Notes under the pieces: generated by a model | Databases searched by the model: none | Told to the model about the DNA's origin: nothing | The model's input: the letters and a program-made list of their open reading frames with translations, nothing else | Program-made: the position numbers and the translations under genes | Assembly (NCBI RefSeq): GCF_039654945.1 | Contig: NW_027361819.1 | Span: forward strand, 1,624,448 to 1,676,000 | Origin: Dendrobates tinctorius | Lineage: Eukaryota | Length of the DNA stretch: 51,553 nt | Reading direction: 5' to 3' | Shown: in pieces, positions 11,623 to 24,835 of the stretch | Position numbering within the stretch: the first letter of the stretch is position 1 | Layout: each line of letters starts with the position of its first letter

Positions 11623-13772
11623 GGGCCAATGTCCCCACTACCCACTATCCACACTATTATTATGTCAGCTTCTTATGATCTTGTCTGGATAGGATTTAGT
11701 GCAATTCTCTTAGGTCAGTAGCACAGGTCACACAAGTAGCTATTCAGTCTGGATTTGTCTGAGTCTGACCACAGTGTTTACAAGTCCATCTGTTTTGTCT
11801 GGGTCTCTGGTTACACTTTGTCAATCAAACATTCATAATACACCTTTCACACTGCTGCACATTCTCAAGCATCATTTATTCACTTGCTATTTTCTTCCCT
11901 TGTCTGTGCCTTTTTGTACATCCAAACATTCACACTCTGGTATTTTTGCCTTTTTCAATGTTTGTCCCACTTGTTTTACTGCTTCCTTCCTTCTCTGTCT
12001 TTTGTAATTTGACACAATTTGCTATACAAATCAATCACACAACTAGAAGAAGGTTCAAACACATTAATGACCAAGCAATCACTTACAATTCCCTTCTAAA
12101 TTAGGCACCATATCTTACTTTTAACTTCCAATCTTCAATTAAGTACTGTTGCTTTAAAATGCACAAATCTTTCAGCGTGTACCTTACGGATAGAATTACA
12201 GAGAATTTTGAGCACAGCTCACACTCAGCAGAGATAAGAGCGAAGGGAGAAGAAAAACTACGCAGCTCCATCCTTCCCCCCTCCCGTCAGAATGCAGCGT
12301 CGTCCTTCACAGAATTCTGTAGTTCTTTAGACTTATCAAAATCAATTTCTACAAAGAAACTCAAAATCACGGGATTTCACTGTAAGGGCAGATAACTGTA
12401 TAATGAGATTAACCATGCCTTGCCCTTTTTCTGGCCAAATGCATTCAGGAAACTTTACAATGTAATGCCACATATAACACGAACTATATCATTACTCAAT
12501 TCATTCAGTCTCAGATGTAGATTTGAAATATCTATAACGCATCTGTCCGGGATTCCACCACAACTAGAAAGGTCACAAATCTCTTGACACAAAAACGATG
12601 TGTGATGATTCATTCATACGTGCTCATTCACTGATTTTTTTTTTTTTTTTTACTCAATTACTCATCTCTCATCTTATTCAGAGGTTCTCATAGACATATA
12701 TACAAGGATTCACACAGCCTGCCTATCTTGCACTTTGGATTTGATTAATACTTTTTCCAGGTTCTTTGCTGCACTACTTCCATATCTATCCTCAATTATA
12801 TCACATAACCGATTTCCTTCTTCAGGTATCTTTCCCTGACTGTTCCCCATCTTATCTTTTATTCTTATCCTGTCTCTCTTGTTGTCTTCCTGTTAGTCCC
12901 CTGCCTTAGGTGGTGTATTGGGTAAGCTCAAGACTAGGCTCTACTATACCTCGTTACCTTCTTCCTAAGGTGCTAACAGGCTAAATGGAGTGTCTGTTCC
13001 TCGGTGTACTACGTGTTTCGTGTACTTATATGCTATGTAGCATCCGAACAGAAATACTCCCACAACACACAGGATTGTAAATAAAGTGTCCATCTTCTGG
13101 GGTTCTTCAGTCATATCCTGTCACAGGCTCATTTCACGGTCCTGTGCTCATTCGGTCACACTCTTATCTGTCACAAGGTTTATTCGTAAAGGGTGTTGAT
13201 TTAAGCTTAGGCGGTGACCTCCCCGAAAGGACGCTGTCACATGACCCAGTTAGGCAATATCACCACTCTTTGAACGAATACCTACTGTGCAGCTTATTTG
13301 TCTACTTTTCACAGTCCTTCAAATCAAGGCAGTCACTCAACAACCTCCTCTATTCCTAGTGCGGAATCGTCTATTGTGAAAAACTTGTCCGTCCGGGCTG
13401 CGCAGTATGAACTGTTCACCCAGCCTTATATTCCGTAATGTCAGACCTCTCCCATTTTGATTTGCATCAGCTCTTTTTCTAAAAATAGCTGTGCACACAC
13501 AGAACCTACAGTAACCTCTCATTCGAGCAGAAATTACATATGCGTGTCACACCCGATTTCCTCAGAGTTCTTATATGGACCTGATTTTACGGCCCCCTCC
13601 TCTACTAGATTCCCCTTTATACGGACCTTAGTTATAATGATAGATTATGAAGAGCAGAGAAGAGAAAAATTGATCTCTTACCTGGCCAGGTGTTTAGGTC
13701 TGCTGTTCACAATTTCATCAGTAACTGGAGTGGTCTGTAGATCGGGTAGTCTTGGAGAGGTGCCTATATCAG

Positions 13773-13791
13773 GTCCCTGTTTCGGGCGCCA
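13773..13791 (-). other. Primer binding site, tRNA-Lys3(UUU) type
   Basis: Minus strand TGGCGCCCGAAACAGGGAC equals the canonical Lys3 PBS TGGCGCCCGAACAGGGAC plus one A. Lies 6 nt from the 5' LTR. Confidence 0.88.
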
Positions 13792-13797
13792 GGAAAC

Positions 13798-14190
13798 TGT
13801 CGGGATCCCTCAGATTACTCTTTCATCTGAAGGACCGATGTTCTTGGGTGTGAAGCATCATATGTCTCTAATTAAATCAGCTCCGTGGAGAAGAACTACA
13901 CAGACACCAGCTGTATGGTACAACTCAGGATGCCTCCAAGACGCCTCTGGCTTATCAGTTAGGCTTCCGTCTTTTATAGTAAAGAATTTAAACATTTTAC
14001 AGACATGCGCAGTACAAATGATTTTACAACTTGTTTTCGACAAAGAAAGTCATTTAGGCGAAAAAGCAGAGGTATTTGACCTTGGTTCACAAGGGAGATG
14101 TCTGAGACATCTCCTCGAAGAACAGATAAGGTTTTAAACAAGAGAATGCAACATAGACAGAACTCAATTTAACTCCTTCAGTTCCTATCA
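13798..14190 (-). repeat. ERV 5' LTR
   Basis: 393-bp repeat with minus-strand TATAAAA near 13972-13978. Abuts the PBS. Confidence 0.96.
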
Positions 14191-15664
14191 TAATAAATAA
14201 CCATAAAAAACCATAACATTGAAACCAATAACCAGTTATCACATAAATATAAAAGACCCAAGGGCTGGGCGATGTTCCCACAGGCCGCGCTCCGACGAGA
14301 CGTGGCCCTCAGGACCCCACAGCCCCTTTCATCATGGCCTGAAAATCTAAATGAGAGATATCTAGAGCGGTGCCGGACAGACGTCCCCGATCTCTTCTGT
14401 GTGACCCCGGAGTGAGAAAACCATCAACCAGAACCATACAGCTTTCTAATGCTTTGTTATTCCTTTTCCTTATTTTTTCCATGAATAAAAACCCTTTTTT
14501 GACCAAATTATTCTGGGGATTTTATTCGGAAAAGACGAAACAAGTAAAAGGAAAAACTCCACTTTAATGAGCTTTTTATAGTGTAGAAAAGCTTTGATTC
14601 TGCCGTTTTTTACCTGCATTTTTTTAGTCTCCACATAGAAGACAAGAGAGAAAAAAAAAAAGCACCAAAACCGCACAGTGCAGCCGCGTCTTTAGACCAC
14701 AGGGGGCGCCGCTCTCATGAAATCACACTCACTTTGCTGGAACTGCAGAATTTCCGTGCAAAAAAAGCAAAAACGCATCAAATATGGGAGAAAACGCATA
14801 AAAGAAACTCTGCAAACACGCAGTAATCAGAGGAGATTGTTATTGCGCTGTGTGGTGCAGACACCTGCCGAAAAAAACGCGGCATTTACGCTACGGTGTG
14901 AACACGGCCTCAGCATTACACTTTTATTACATTTTTAATGGTTTTTGTAGAGCAAAAATATCAATCGCAGCATATGTTTTACACCATTTACCGATTTCTG
15001 TGAATAATCTGATCGCTGTGTTGTGCTAGTCGTTACAGGGACACCATATATATCCATGTTATTGACCGATTCGTTATGTTTATTATTTAAAAAAAAAAAT
15101 GCTAATTAATACTGACATTATTGTAATTGTTTTTCATTTTTTTTAGTAATTTTATAGGAAGAAAACAAATCTCTTTTATTCTCCGTCTAGAATACAGAGA
15201 CATAGAGAGACACTGCTATGTCCAGATGTATCTCTATGTAATCAGCCTGCAGAGTCTGAGCCTGCAATACAGATCACGTATAAAAACAATTATCCCAGGG
15301 ACATCACCAGAGCCTGTGGTGCAGTAGCTTTAGCTGTTGCCGGTAATGTTGAAGGTTGTGTATTTGAGACCTTGGAAGACTCACAAAAATAGAATTAATT
15401 TTTATAACTGCTTTTTATTATTTTTTTGTAGTTTTATTAAACAAAAAAAATCTGACTTTTTCTTCCCCTCTGTATAGAAATACAAATACAGTGCTGTATA
15501 TAATGTACATGTATAATCTGCTTCTAGGGTCACTTCCTGCAATATATTCTCCTGAATGTATCATCATTGGTTTTGGCTCCTAGCTAGAGCTGCTGCTTGA
15601 GAACATGGAGATTTGAGTTGGAGTCCCGGGGAGACCCGATCACAGGAAAGGAGAACAAGTGTTA

Positions 15665-15818
15665 GGCCGGGGTCACACTTGCGAGAAACTCGCACAAGTC
15701 TCGCGTCTCAATCGCCGGCAATCGGACCGGAGCACTCAACTACATGCAGCCGCACACTCCAGTCCTGAGTGCCGGGTATTGAGACTCGTGTGTATTTCTC
15801 GCAAGTGTGACCCCGGCC
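15665..15818. mobile_element. 154-bp MITE, PIF/Harbinger-like (paralogs 31447-31600, 44343-44487)
   Basis: Perfect TIR GGCCGGGGTCACACTTGCGAGAAA with TTA target duplication on both sides. Confidence 0.85.
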
Positions 15819-17839
15819 TTAATGTTATAATTTAATTTACGTCAGTGCAGTGAGATTATACCCCCCATCCCGATGAGGAGGAGCTACATAGCAACTAGAA
15901 GAATGGAGAGAGGGTGAGTAATAGAAGCGGGGACAAAAGCCCAGACATGGTGGGACTAAGCGCCCAGATCGTGACAGTCCCGCTGAATCCGGTACGGTTG
16001 GGAGCTATGTTGTTGCGCATTACAAACACCCAGGGTCGGTATTTCTCATTTGTGTCTCTTCTATTCAGCATTGAACGTTCCCGTAGCAGTTTTGCACCTT
16101 TGTCTCATTATTGGGCCATGTTCAGTATTTGGTCAGTATTTTACATCAGTATTTGTAGCCACAATCAGGAATAGAAAAGTCTAATAGAAACTCGTCACCA
16201 CTTCTGGATTTATCACCCACTCCTGGTTTTGGCCACAAATACTGATGTAAAATACTGACCGTGTGAACGAGGCCTTAGGGTGAACATAAATTGGTTGTAA
16301 GTGAAGGTAATAAATGTTTTGATTCCGGTATTTCTATCACCATAGCAAGTTATAAAGGGGCAGCAGCCGATTATTGTGAAGTAACAGATAAAACCTAAGA
16401 TGGAAACAACATGAACATATCCGCTGCTATAAGTAAGTAAAAAGCAATAATGCAAATAAATAACATGGGGGGCTCGGTAATCAGTGTTATTGATGACACC
16501 AGCGACAAGGTGCAACCAGTCGGGACGGTCCTAACTTCTAGTATTAACACCTTACATGTGAGCACTACGTATAATGGCGTTACGCATAATGGCCAGTGTG
16601 AACATGCACCTACATGTTGCCTCTATGCCAACTTATACTCCAGCTCATTTCTTTTGGTTTTTATAGTGAAGAAACATACTAACTCCACTGATAGAGAACT
16701 TAAAGGGGTTGTCCAGAATTGGGCCACATTCACATGATGAGATTTAGATTTTGGGGATAGGTTTAGCGTTGGGGCGATGGTTAGTTTTTTTCCACAAATA
16801 AATGCAAGTCATATCGAAGAAATTTTCCCACTATCATGACGTACAATATGTCACAATAAAACTCAGAGTCACCGGGATCTGTTGAAGCGTTCCAGAGTTA
16901 TTACCTCATAAAGGGACAGTGGTCAGAATTGCAAAAATTGGCCCGGTCATTAAGGTCAAAATTGGTTCTAAGGGGTTAAAGGGATCCTGTCACCCCCCCA
17001 GGGCGTTTTTAAATGAAGAGCCACCTTCAGCAGCACTAAGGCCGCATTCTGTGAAGGTGGCTCTTATGTTTCTGATCCCTAGTAATGCCGAAATATAGAC
17101 TTTTATAAATTCCCCACCATACCTCTTGTGTGTCCGGGAGGTTTGTTTTCTCCCCCGGTGTCCAGCGTCTTAGAGCCGTCCATCATCCCCCTCTTGCGTT
17201 GTTGCGCCGCCTCCTCAGCGGTAGTGGAAATGTGAGAAGTCATATATGTCTTTCTTGTAATCTCTGCAGCTGAGTCCTGGCTGGAGAAGTTGTCATGTTG
17301 GTCTGGGCCAGATGGAAAAGACGGTAAAAGTGAATGTTTCCTTTAGAAAGAACGTCAGCTGTAAGTCACCATCTATAACTGTACTGTAATCTGCTATATG
17401 TTCTGCAGAAGTGGTATCTACCGCACCATGTGGCGGTAATAAGTGTTTTTTCTTTTTATAGAGATTAATTTTCAGTAATGCCATGATTAACGGCTGAGGT
17501 TCCCTTATGCCTAGGGCCGGCATTAGGAGTAGCCAGACCAGACAGCTGCCTAGGGCCCCCACTCCTCTAGGGGCCCTAGCCAGTGACCGCTATGGGACCC
17601 GTGAGTAAGAGGGGCCCGGTGCTGCCCCCTTCCCCCGCATTCAACTTATCAGCATAATAGATGCTGATACTGTTGAAAGCAGTGATGGAGGAGAGAGCAT
17701 CACATGACACTCCTCCCATAACTCCACCTCTGCCTCAGTGTGTGCCAGCAGGGGAGCTGAGACGCTCTGCAGAGTGTAGAAGCCATGCAGGGGGAAACGA
17801 GTATACTGTCTGTGTGAATGCATTCTAGTTTGTGTGTGT

Positions 17840-18230
17840 CTGCTGCACTATACTGTGTGTAGGAGCTGCATTATACTGTGTGTGGGGCTGCATTAAACTC
17901 TGAGGGGACTGCATTATACTCTGAAGGCGCTGCATTTTACTGTGTGTGTGGGGCTGCACTATAATGTGTGTCTGTTTGTGGGGGAGCTGAATTATACTGT
18001 GTGTGTTTGTGGGGGGGCTGAATTATATTGTGTGTAGGGTGGCTGCATTATACTTACTTTGTGGGGCTACTTTATACTTTGAGGGGGATGCCTTATACTG
18101 TGTGTAGAGCTGCACTATATTCTGGGGGGCTGCATTATACAGTGCGTGGGGGGCTGCATCAAACTGTGTTTGTAGGGGTGCATTATACTATGTGTGTAGG
18201 GGGGGTGCATTAAACTCTGTGGGGGCTGTA
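17840..18230 (+). repeat. Minisatellite, unit about 20-25 bp (GGGGCTGCATTATACTGTGTGT); resumes at 19334-19530
   Basis: Directly visible degenerate tandem repeat, also at about 33620-34010, 35113-35300 and 48715-49214. Confidence 0.85.
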
Positions 18231-18231
18231 A

Positions 18232-19333
18232 TGTAAGCAGGAACATGGGATGCAGTGACGGGCAGGAGGCAAAGCAAGGGTTAACAGGTATATTATCAGG
18301 GAATACTCCATGCAGGGAGGCAATGGATTAAACGGTAAAAACAGTACAGTTAGCAACGGATATGGTGAGGTGAAGAAATAACGGTTCAAATACTGGCAGT
18401 TTTGATGAGTCAATGATTCCTAAGTCCATGAAATGGATAGCACTGACAACAGCTGGTGCGGTATCTTTTCCAGAAAGGTCCTGTGGGCATCATTGCCCCG
18501 TCTTCTGGTGGCAGCGGTCGGTCTCCGGTACCTTCCGCTGAGCCCTAGTCCATATACTGATGTGGCCGGAGGAGTGTTGGCCACGGCACTGTCTGAGCCC
18601 GATGTGTCCCCTGCACAACTCTTCTCACAGTCTCTGTCAGCGGTGGCGGTCGTGGTGCTTGGGTGTGGGCCTACGCTGTACGGATGCTCTGGGACTGAAG
18701 CACTCACTGGTCCCTGCTGTAGTGTCTGACAAGGGTACGTGCCACAGTCCTGTACGAGCCCAACGTGGCTCGGCATATATTTACTGGCACAGTCAGAGTG
18801 CAAGTGTCTGTCCTGTCCCCGGTCACTCTTATGGGGCACGTGTGTTGTACTCATGGACATGGAACATTCTCTGCTTTGCTTTCTGGTAGTCACTGGCACA
18901 CTGCACCTCTCTCTGTAGTCACCAGGCACACACTGCATGTTCCTCTCCCTCTCTGGTCTGCTGCTCATGCTGGACACACAGATCCCTGTCCTTCAGGTCT
19001 GCTGCAGCAAGCCTGGCCCTTCTCTGTGCTGCGGCCCCTCTGCAGGTGGTGGGGCCTGTCACAGCGCTGGTACTCTCTGGAGGGATGGGACATGACGCTC
19101 CTCTTTCTGTGTGCTGCCCCAGTTTCGCACCAAAACTCCCCTGCTTTGTGCGCTTTTCCTCACTCTCTCTTCGCCTCCCCAGGTCAGCAGAAAGGTCCGC
19201 CTCTCTCGGCCTTCACCCAGGCAACAGGGGAAGGTCCGGCACACTAAGGCTTCCCCCCCGGAAACTGGGGATGCAGCCTCAACATTTCTGGACCCGGCAT
19301 GCAGGTACCCGCGGTCCGGTCGTCCCCCTTACA
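18232..19333. mobile_element. Solo LTR (about 1.1 kb) inserted in the minisatellite (paralogs 34012-35112 and 49215-49749 truncated)
   Basis: Termini TGTAAG...CTTACA. Right flank is GTAT; left flank is GTAA here but GTAT in unit 3 (49211-49214), consistent with a 4-bp TSD. Confidence 0.7.
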
Positions 19334-20943
19334 GTATTATACTCTGAGGGGGCTGCATTGTACTCTCAAGGGGCTGCATTACACTCTATGAGGGGACTAC
19401 ATTATACTCTGAGGGAGCTGCAGTATAATCTGCGGGAGGCTGCATTATACTCTGTGAGGGGGGCTGCATTATACTCTGTGAGGGGTCTGCGATATACTAT
19501 ATGTACTATATGGGACCTGCATTATACTGTTTCGAGGACTATCTGTACCCATCATTCTTCCTCACCGGTGTAAAGAGGCAGGGAAACAAGTGTCGAATGA
19601 CTTAAATATTGTCGATCACACTCATTTAGCGGCCTGAACTCAGCGCATGTAAATACAGCATAAATATTTCTTTGTGATAGTGCACGATGTGAGCATTTGG
19701 GGCCCCACTTTAAACTTTTGCCCAGAGCCCTACTTTGTCTAAAAGCGGCCCTACCTATGCCAACAATTAGGGTGCCCCACCATCGTTTTAATCAGGGTTA
19801 TTTAGAGGCCCAGTCAGATGTTTTGCCCTCCCTGAGCTAAACCCCTAGCCATGCCTTTGCTCAGAAGAGAACACTTTTCTGCACACCTAAAAAGACAGAC
19901 ACTGCCAGATCACAGGCCAGACGGCATCCACAGTGCCTCCTTCTGCCTCATTATAGGGAATCTTCCGCCAGGGGTTCTCACTGAATCATGTATTTTCATA
20001 GATTTACATGGAAACCCCGGTGTAAGTGCTCAATGCAGAGCGCAGGATAAATGTGCACCGAGCCTTACTGAGATCTTTAGGAGGCAGAATGAAAAAATCA
20101 ACAGCAGGTGAAGAGTTGGTTTTATTTATTTTAATGCCATTCCTTGCGCAGTATAAGTGATTAGATAACTTTCTTCTTTGGGTCAGTATGATTACAGCAA
20201 TACTAAATTTATATAGTTTTTTTATGTTTTGGTGCTTGTATACATTAAAAACAATTTTATATGAAAAATTTTTTGCATCGCTTTATTCTGAGAGCTATAG
20301 CTTTTTTATGTTTTAGCTAACAGCTATATGGCAGCTTGTTTTTTGAGGGACAAAACGATATTTTCAGCTATACCATTTCAATTTCCATTCGACTTTTTTA
20401 TCGCGTTTTATTCCACTTTTAGTTCCGCAGTATGATGATAAAAAAGTGGCAAATAAACGATGCTTTATTTTTTTTTCGGTATTCATGGAAAGGATTAACC
20501 AGTAGGGCAGTTTTATAGGTTGGGTCGTTATGGACGTGGCAATACAAAAAATTTTTTTTGTATAAATATTGTATGTGCATTTATTGGTAGAAATTTTTTT
20601 TTTTTTTGGTTATTTTGTGATTTTGTTTTTTCAAATATTTTTACAATTATTTTTACTTGGTTCCTCTATAGGACTTTTTTTTACTCTGATCACTGGTATA
20701 GCACACTGCAATGCATTATACCCGTGAAAGCTGCACAGAGAGAAGCCACTTGGACCATGCTCCTAACATGGCCTAACAGGCTTGGTATAGCTGGCTGAAC
20801 TTGAGGTCGTGGCAACGATTGGGCCCTGGTGATGACATCATGGGGACGCCGGTCAAAAGGAAGAGGGAGTCACCTTCCTTTCCCAGCCATCTAAGTGCGG
20901 GCAATGCTCCTGGCAATGACAGCCAGGTTCCGCTTTAACTTAA

Positions 20944-21398
20944 AGAAGTTGTCCTTTACTTGGACAACACTTTTCATCCCCCACGCTTGGCCCCGATAAA
21001 ATAAAGCCTACACTCCCCTCTCGTGCCGGCGCTGTTCCCATGTTGTCAGCACTCGTTCTCCCCGAAACTCTCATGCTGTTGTTGTGACACGTGACCCAGG
21101 CACCCAATCCACGCTGGCGTTACTGTCCTCGCCTCCTGTCGAATTGAACATGAAGAAGTCAGAGATCAGCTACAGCCCGGACTTCATCATGCTCAATTTG
21201 CCCGAAGGCAGAGACAGTGATGCCTGCGCTGATTGGGCACCAAGCTAACTTGTCACAAGACCACTCGATAGTCCCAGGACCATGAGTGCCGACACCACTG
21301 GAAATGCATCGGCATGGTAGGTGAGTATAGGCTTTTTTATTTTATCGGGGCCAAATATTTTCTTCAGTAAAGTGTTGTCCTTGTAGTGGACAACCCCT
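20944..21398. mobile_element. TTAA-flanked palindromic MITE, Kolobok/T2-MITE-like (paralog 36714-37168)
   Basis: TTAA on both sides, termini AGAAGTTGTCC...GGACAACCCCT, long imperfect inverted arms. Confidence 0.75.
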
Positions 21399-21925
21399 TT
21401 AAGTTGAGCTCCTGGTGGCAACCACGGGGGGCACATCTCCTGTGTCTCCGCACAACTGCCATGACATCAAAAGGCGTGAAGGGGATAACTGCCCAAACTC
21501 CTGCCTGCTGTGGGTCTGTGCAATTTTGGTGCATTTTTTTTTTTGACTAGCCTTAAAAAAACATGAAACATACAGGGAAAAACTGTAATTGAAAGATTTA
21601 CACCTGTTCTGTGCTTTGGAGTTGCTACTTGTTTTGGAACAGAAATACTGATAAAATTCTGATTAAAAATACTAATGTGTGACTGAGGTCTAATATGATC
21701 AGGTGGAGTCACTACAACTCCTAATCCCACACCAGATCCTCATGGCTGATCAGTAAGGGGATGTGCAGATGATCAGTAATCGGCAGCGCTTTGGACGCAG
21801 CTCATGTCCGCTGCCGGCTATAGAACGCAGGTGAATCCCCATGTGATCATAGAATCATAGAATCGTAGAATTGGAAGGGACCTCCTGGGCCATCTGGTCC
21901 AACCCCCTGCTCAAAGCAGGATTCG

Positions 21926-24690
21926 CTAAATCATCCCAGTTAGATGTCTGTCCAGCCTCTGTTTGAAGACTTCCATTGAAGGAGAACTCACCACTTCTCG
22001 TGGCAGCCTGTTCCACTCATTGATCACTCTAACTGTCAAAAAGTTTTTTCTAATATCTAATCTGTGTCTCCTCCCATTCAGCTTCATCCCATTGCTTCTA
22101 GTCTTTCCTTGTGCAAATGAGAATAAAGTTGATCCTTCTACAATGTGACAGCCCTTTAGATATTTGTAGACAGCTATTAAGTCTCCTCTCAGTCTTCTCT
22201 TTTGCAAACTAAACATTCCCAAATCCTGCAACCTTTCCTCATAAGACAGGGTTTGCAGACCGGTCACCATTCTGGTCGCTCTTTTCTGAACTTGCTCCAG
22301 TTTGTTGATGTCTTTTTTCAAATGTGGTGCCCAAAATTGGACACAATATTCCAGATGAGGTCTGACCAAAGAGGAGTAGAGGGAAATAATTACTTCACGT
22401 GATCTAGACTGTATGCTTCTGTTAATACATCCTAGAATTGCATTTGCCTTTTTTGCTGCTGCATCACACTGTTGACTCATATTCAGTCTGTGATCTATTA
22501 GTATACCCAAGTCTTTTTCACATGTGCTGTCACTTAGCCCTATTCCTCCCATTCTATATATGCTTTTTTCATTTTTATTGCCCAGATGTAGTACTTTGCA
22601 TTTCTCCCTGTTAAAAACCATTCTGTTAGTTGCTGCCCACTTCTCCAGTTTATTTAAATCTTTTTGAATCCTCTCTCTCTCTTCTCTAGTATTAGCTATC
22701 CCTCCTAGCTTTGTGTCATCAGCAAATTTAATCAGTTTACACTCAATTCCTTCATCTAAATCGTTGATAAAGATGTTGAACAATACAGGGCCCAGGACAG
22801 AGCCCTGTGGTACCCCACTTGAGACATTCTTCCAACTGGATGTGCAGCCATTTACGACCACTCTTTGGGTCCGATCACTAAGCCAGTTATGAATCCACCT
22901 AACAGTTGCCTTGTCCATTCCATACTTAGTCATTTTTTCAATAAGGATTGTATGAGAGACTTTGTCAAATGCTTTGCTGAAGTCAAGATATACTATATCT
23001 ACAGCATTTCCTTGATCCACCCAATCAGTGATACCGTCATAGAAGGAAATTAAGTTAGTCTGACATGACTTATTAGTTACAAACCCATGCTGACTCTGTT
23101 TAATCACTTCATTCTTATTCAGGTATTGACATACATGTTGTTTAATAATTTGTTCAAAGATCTTTCCTGGTATAGAAGTCAGACTCACCGGCCTATAGTT
23201 GCCTGGGTCCACCTTCTTCCCCTTTTTGAAGATAGGAACAACATTTGCTCTTCTCCAGTCTTCTGGCACTTCTCCTGTTCTCCAAGAATTTTCAAAGATT
23301 ATGGGGAGGGGTTCAAAAATTTCTTCTGCTATCTCCTTCAGTACTCTGGGGTGTAATTCATCTGGACCTGGAGACTTGAATACATTTAGGTTAGCTAAGT
23401 GTTTCCTCACTATCATTCTGTTTATAGATATCCTGGATTCTTCTATTCCCTTAATAGGATAGTGAATAACAGTTGATGTTACATTTCCTTTCTGAGAGAA
23501 AACAGATGCAAAATAGGAATTTAAAAGTTCAGCCTTCTCAACATCCTGTCTTACCATTTCATCATTTTCATCCTGTAAAAATCCTATAGCATCTTTGACT
23601 TTTCTTTTACTTTTGACATATCCCCAAAATCCTTTATTATTGCTTTTGACATCTCTTGCAAGCCTCAATTCATTTTCAGCTTTAGATAATCTGATTTGTG
23701 CCTTGCAGGTTCTGCAGACAGCATTATATTCTTCTTTAGATATGCCTCCTTCTTTCCATTTTATAAACATTTTTTGCTTCCTTTTTAGCATGTGCTTAAG
23801 TTCTGTGTTCATCCATCCTGGTTTCCTTAAATGCTTCCTATTCTTCCCTCTTCGGAATTGTTAACAACTGTGCTTTGAGAATTTCATTTTTCAAGATTTC
23901 CCATCCTTCCTGGACATTTTTGTCTTTAAGGATATCCAGCCATTGGATCCCTCCAATTCTCTTTCTGAATCCCTTAAAATCTGCCTTTCTGAAATCTAAC
24001 CTTGACGTCTGAGTCTTCACAGGTCTTCCGCCTCTAGTTATCCAAAATTCTAAAATAGCATGGTCGCTACCTCCTAGGGTCCCAGCCACTTTTACCTCCT
24101 CAACCATTTCCTCCCTGTTTATAAGGATTAGATCCAAGGTAGCAGTTCCCCTTGTTTTCTCCTTTACCTTTTGGAAGATAAAGTTGTCAGCAAGAGAGGA
24201 TAAGAATTTCCTTGACCTGTTAGTTTTGCCTGAGAGAGATTCCCAACAAATGTCTGGATAGTTGAAATCTCCCATGACAACTATGTCATATTTTTTGGAG
24301 AACTTGGCCATTTGATGCATAAAGAGTTCATCCATATCTTCAGCTTGCACAGGCGGCCTGTAGTAAATGCCTACAATGGTGTCCTTTCCATTGTTCTGTC
24401 CTTGTATTCTTACCCAAACAGTTTCCACAGAACTCCCAGTCTCTGAAGCTTCAATCTCTGTGCAGATATACGCATTTCTAACATACAATGCGACACCCCC
24501 TCCTCGTTTATCAAGTCTGTTTCTTGCAAATAAGTTGTATCCTTCTAGTCTTGTATTCCAATCATGTGTATTGTCCCACCAAGTTTCAGTGATTCCAATG
24601 ACATCATATTTCTTTTCCTGTGTTAGTAGTTCCAATTCTCCTTGTTTGTTGCCCATGCTTTGTGCATTAGTATAGAAACATTTTAGTTTG
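21926..24690 (-). pseudogene. CR1 ORF2 (APE endonuclease plus reverse transcriptase) with one frameshift near 23845
   Basis: APE motifs YTNAQS, GITETW, MGDFN and SDH. RT motifs NYRPVSLTS, LDFSKAFD, GVPQGSVLGP and FADD. ORFs 23838-24656 and 21926-23812 are joined by a single frameshift; start codon not defined. Confidence 0.92.
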
Positions 24691-24835
24691 TGATTGGTTT
24701 CTCTTTCTCCAATATTTTTTTTTATTAGATTCTTTCGTCTTTGTTCTTCCTTTCCACTTCTAATAGCAGAGTTCTCAGTAGCATTTGTCAGGTGTATGGC
24801 TTTTTCTGGTCTTTTGCTTCCCTTCCCATGTTGTT

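Larger units (their letters stand above)
6856..14190 (-). mobile_element. Class I (gamma/epsilon-like) endogenous retrovirus, internally deleted provirus, 7335 bp
   Basis: Paired 393-bp TG...CA LTRs, 4-bp TSD TAAT (6852-6855 and 14191-14194), PBS, PPT and gag/pol/env remnants. Empty sites at about 29980 and 42258. Confidence 0.96.
17512..19753. mobile_element. Non-autonomous hAT-like element with internal minisatellite (paralogs 33292-35523 and 47101 to truncation at about 49749)
   Basis: Termini TAGGGCCG...CGGCCCTA with 8-bp flanks CTTATGCC and CCTATGCC (7/8 match). Confidence 0.7.

Noticed and set aside
13457-14137. 226-aa plus-strand ORF across the ERV leader and LTR (possible antisense gene)
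   Set aside because: Begins at a non-ATG codon, has no motif, and most of it is LTR sequence. No evidence of coding function.
17840-18230. Regular repeats resembling a CRISPR array
   Set aside because: Degenerate head-to-tail minisatellite without unique spacers, in eukaryotic DNA with no cas genes.
18420-19573. Several 100-230 aa ORFs on both strands (also 34200-35343)
   Set aside because: They lie in a solo LTR and minisatellite, and frames differ between units because of a 1-nt indel.
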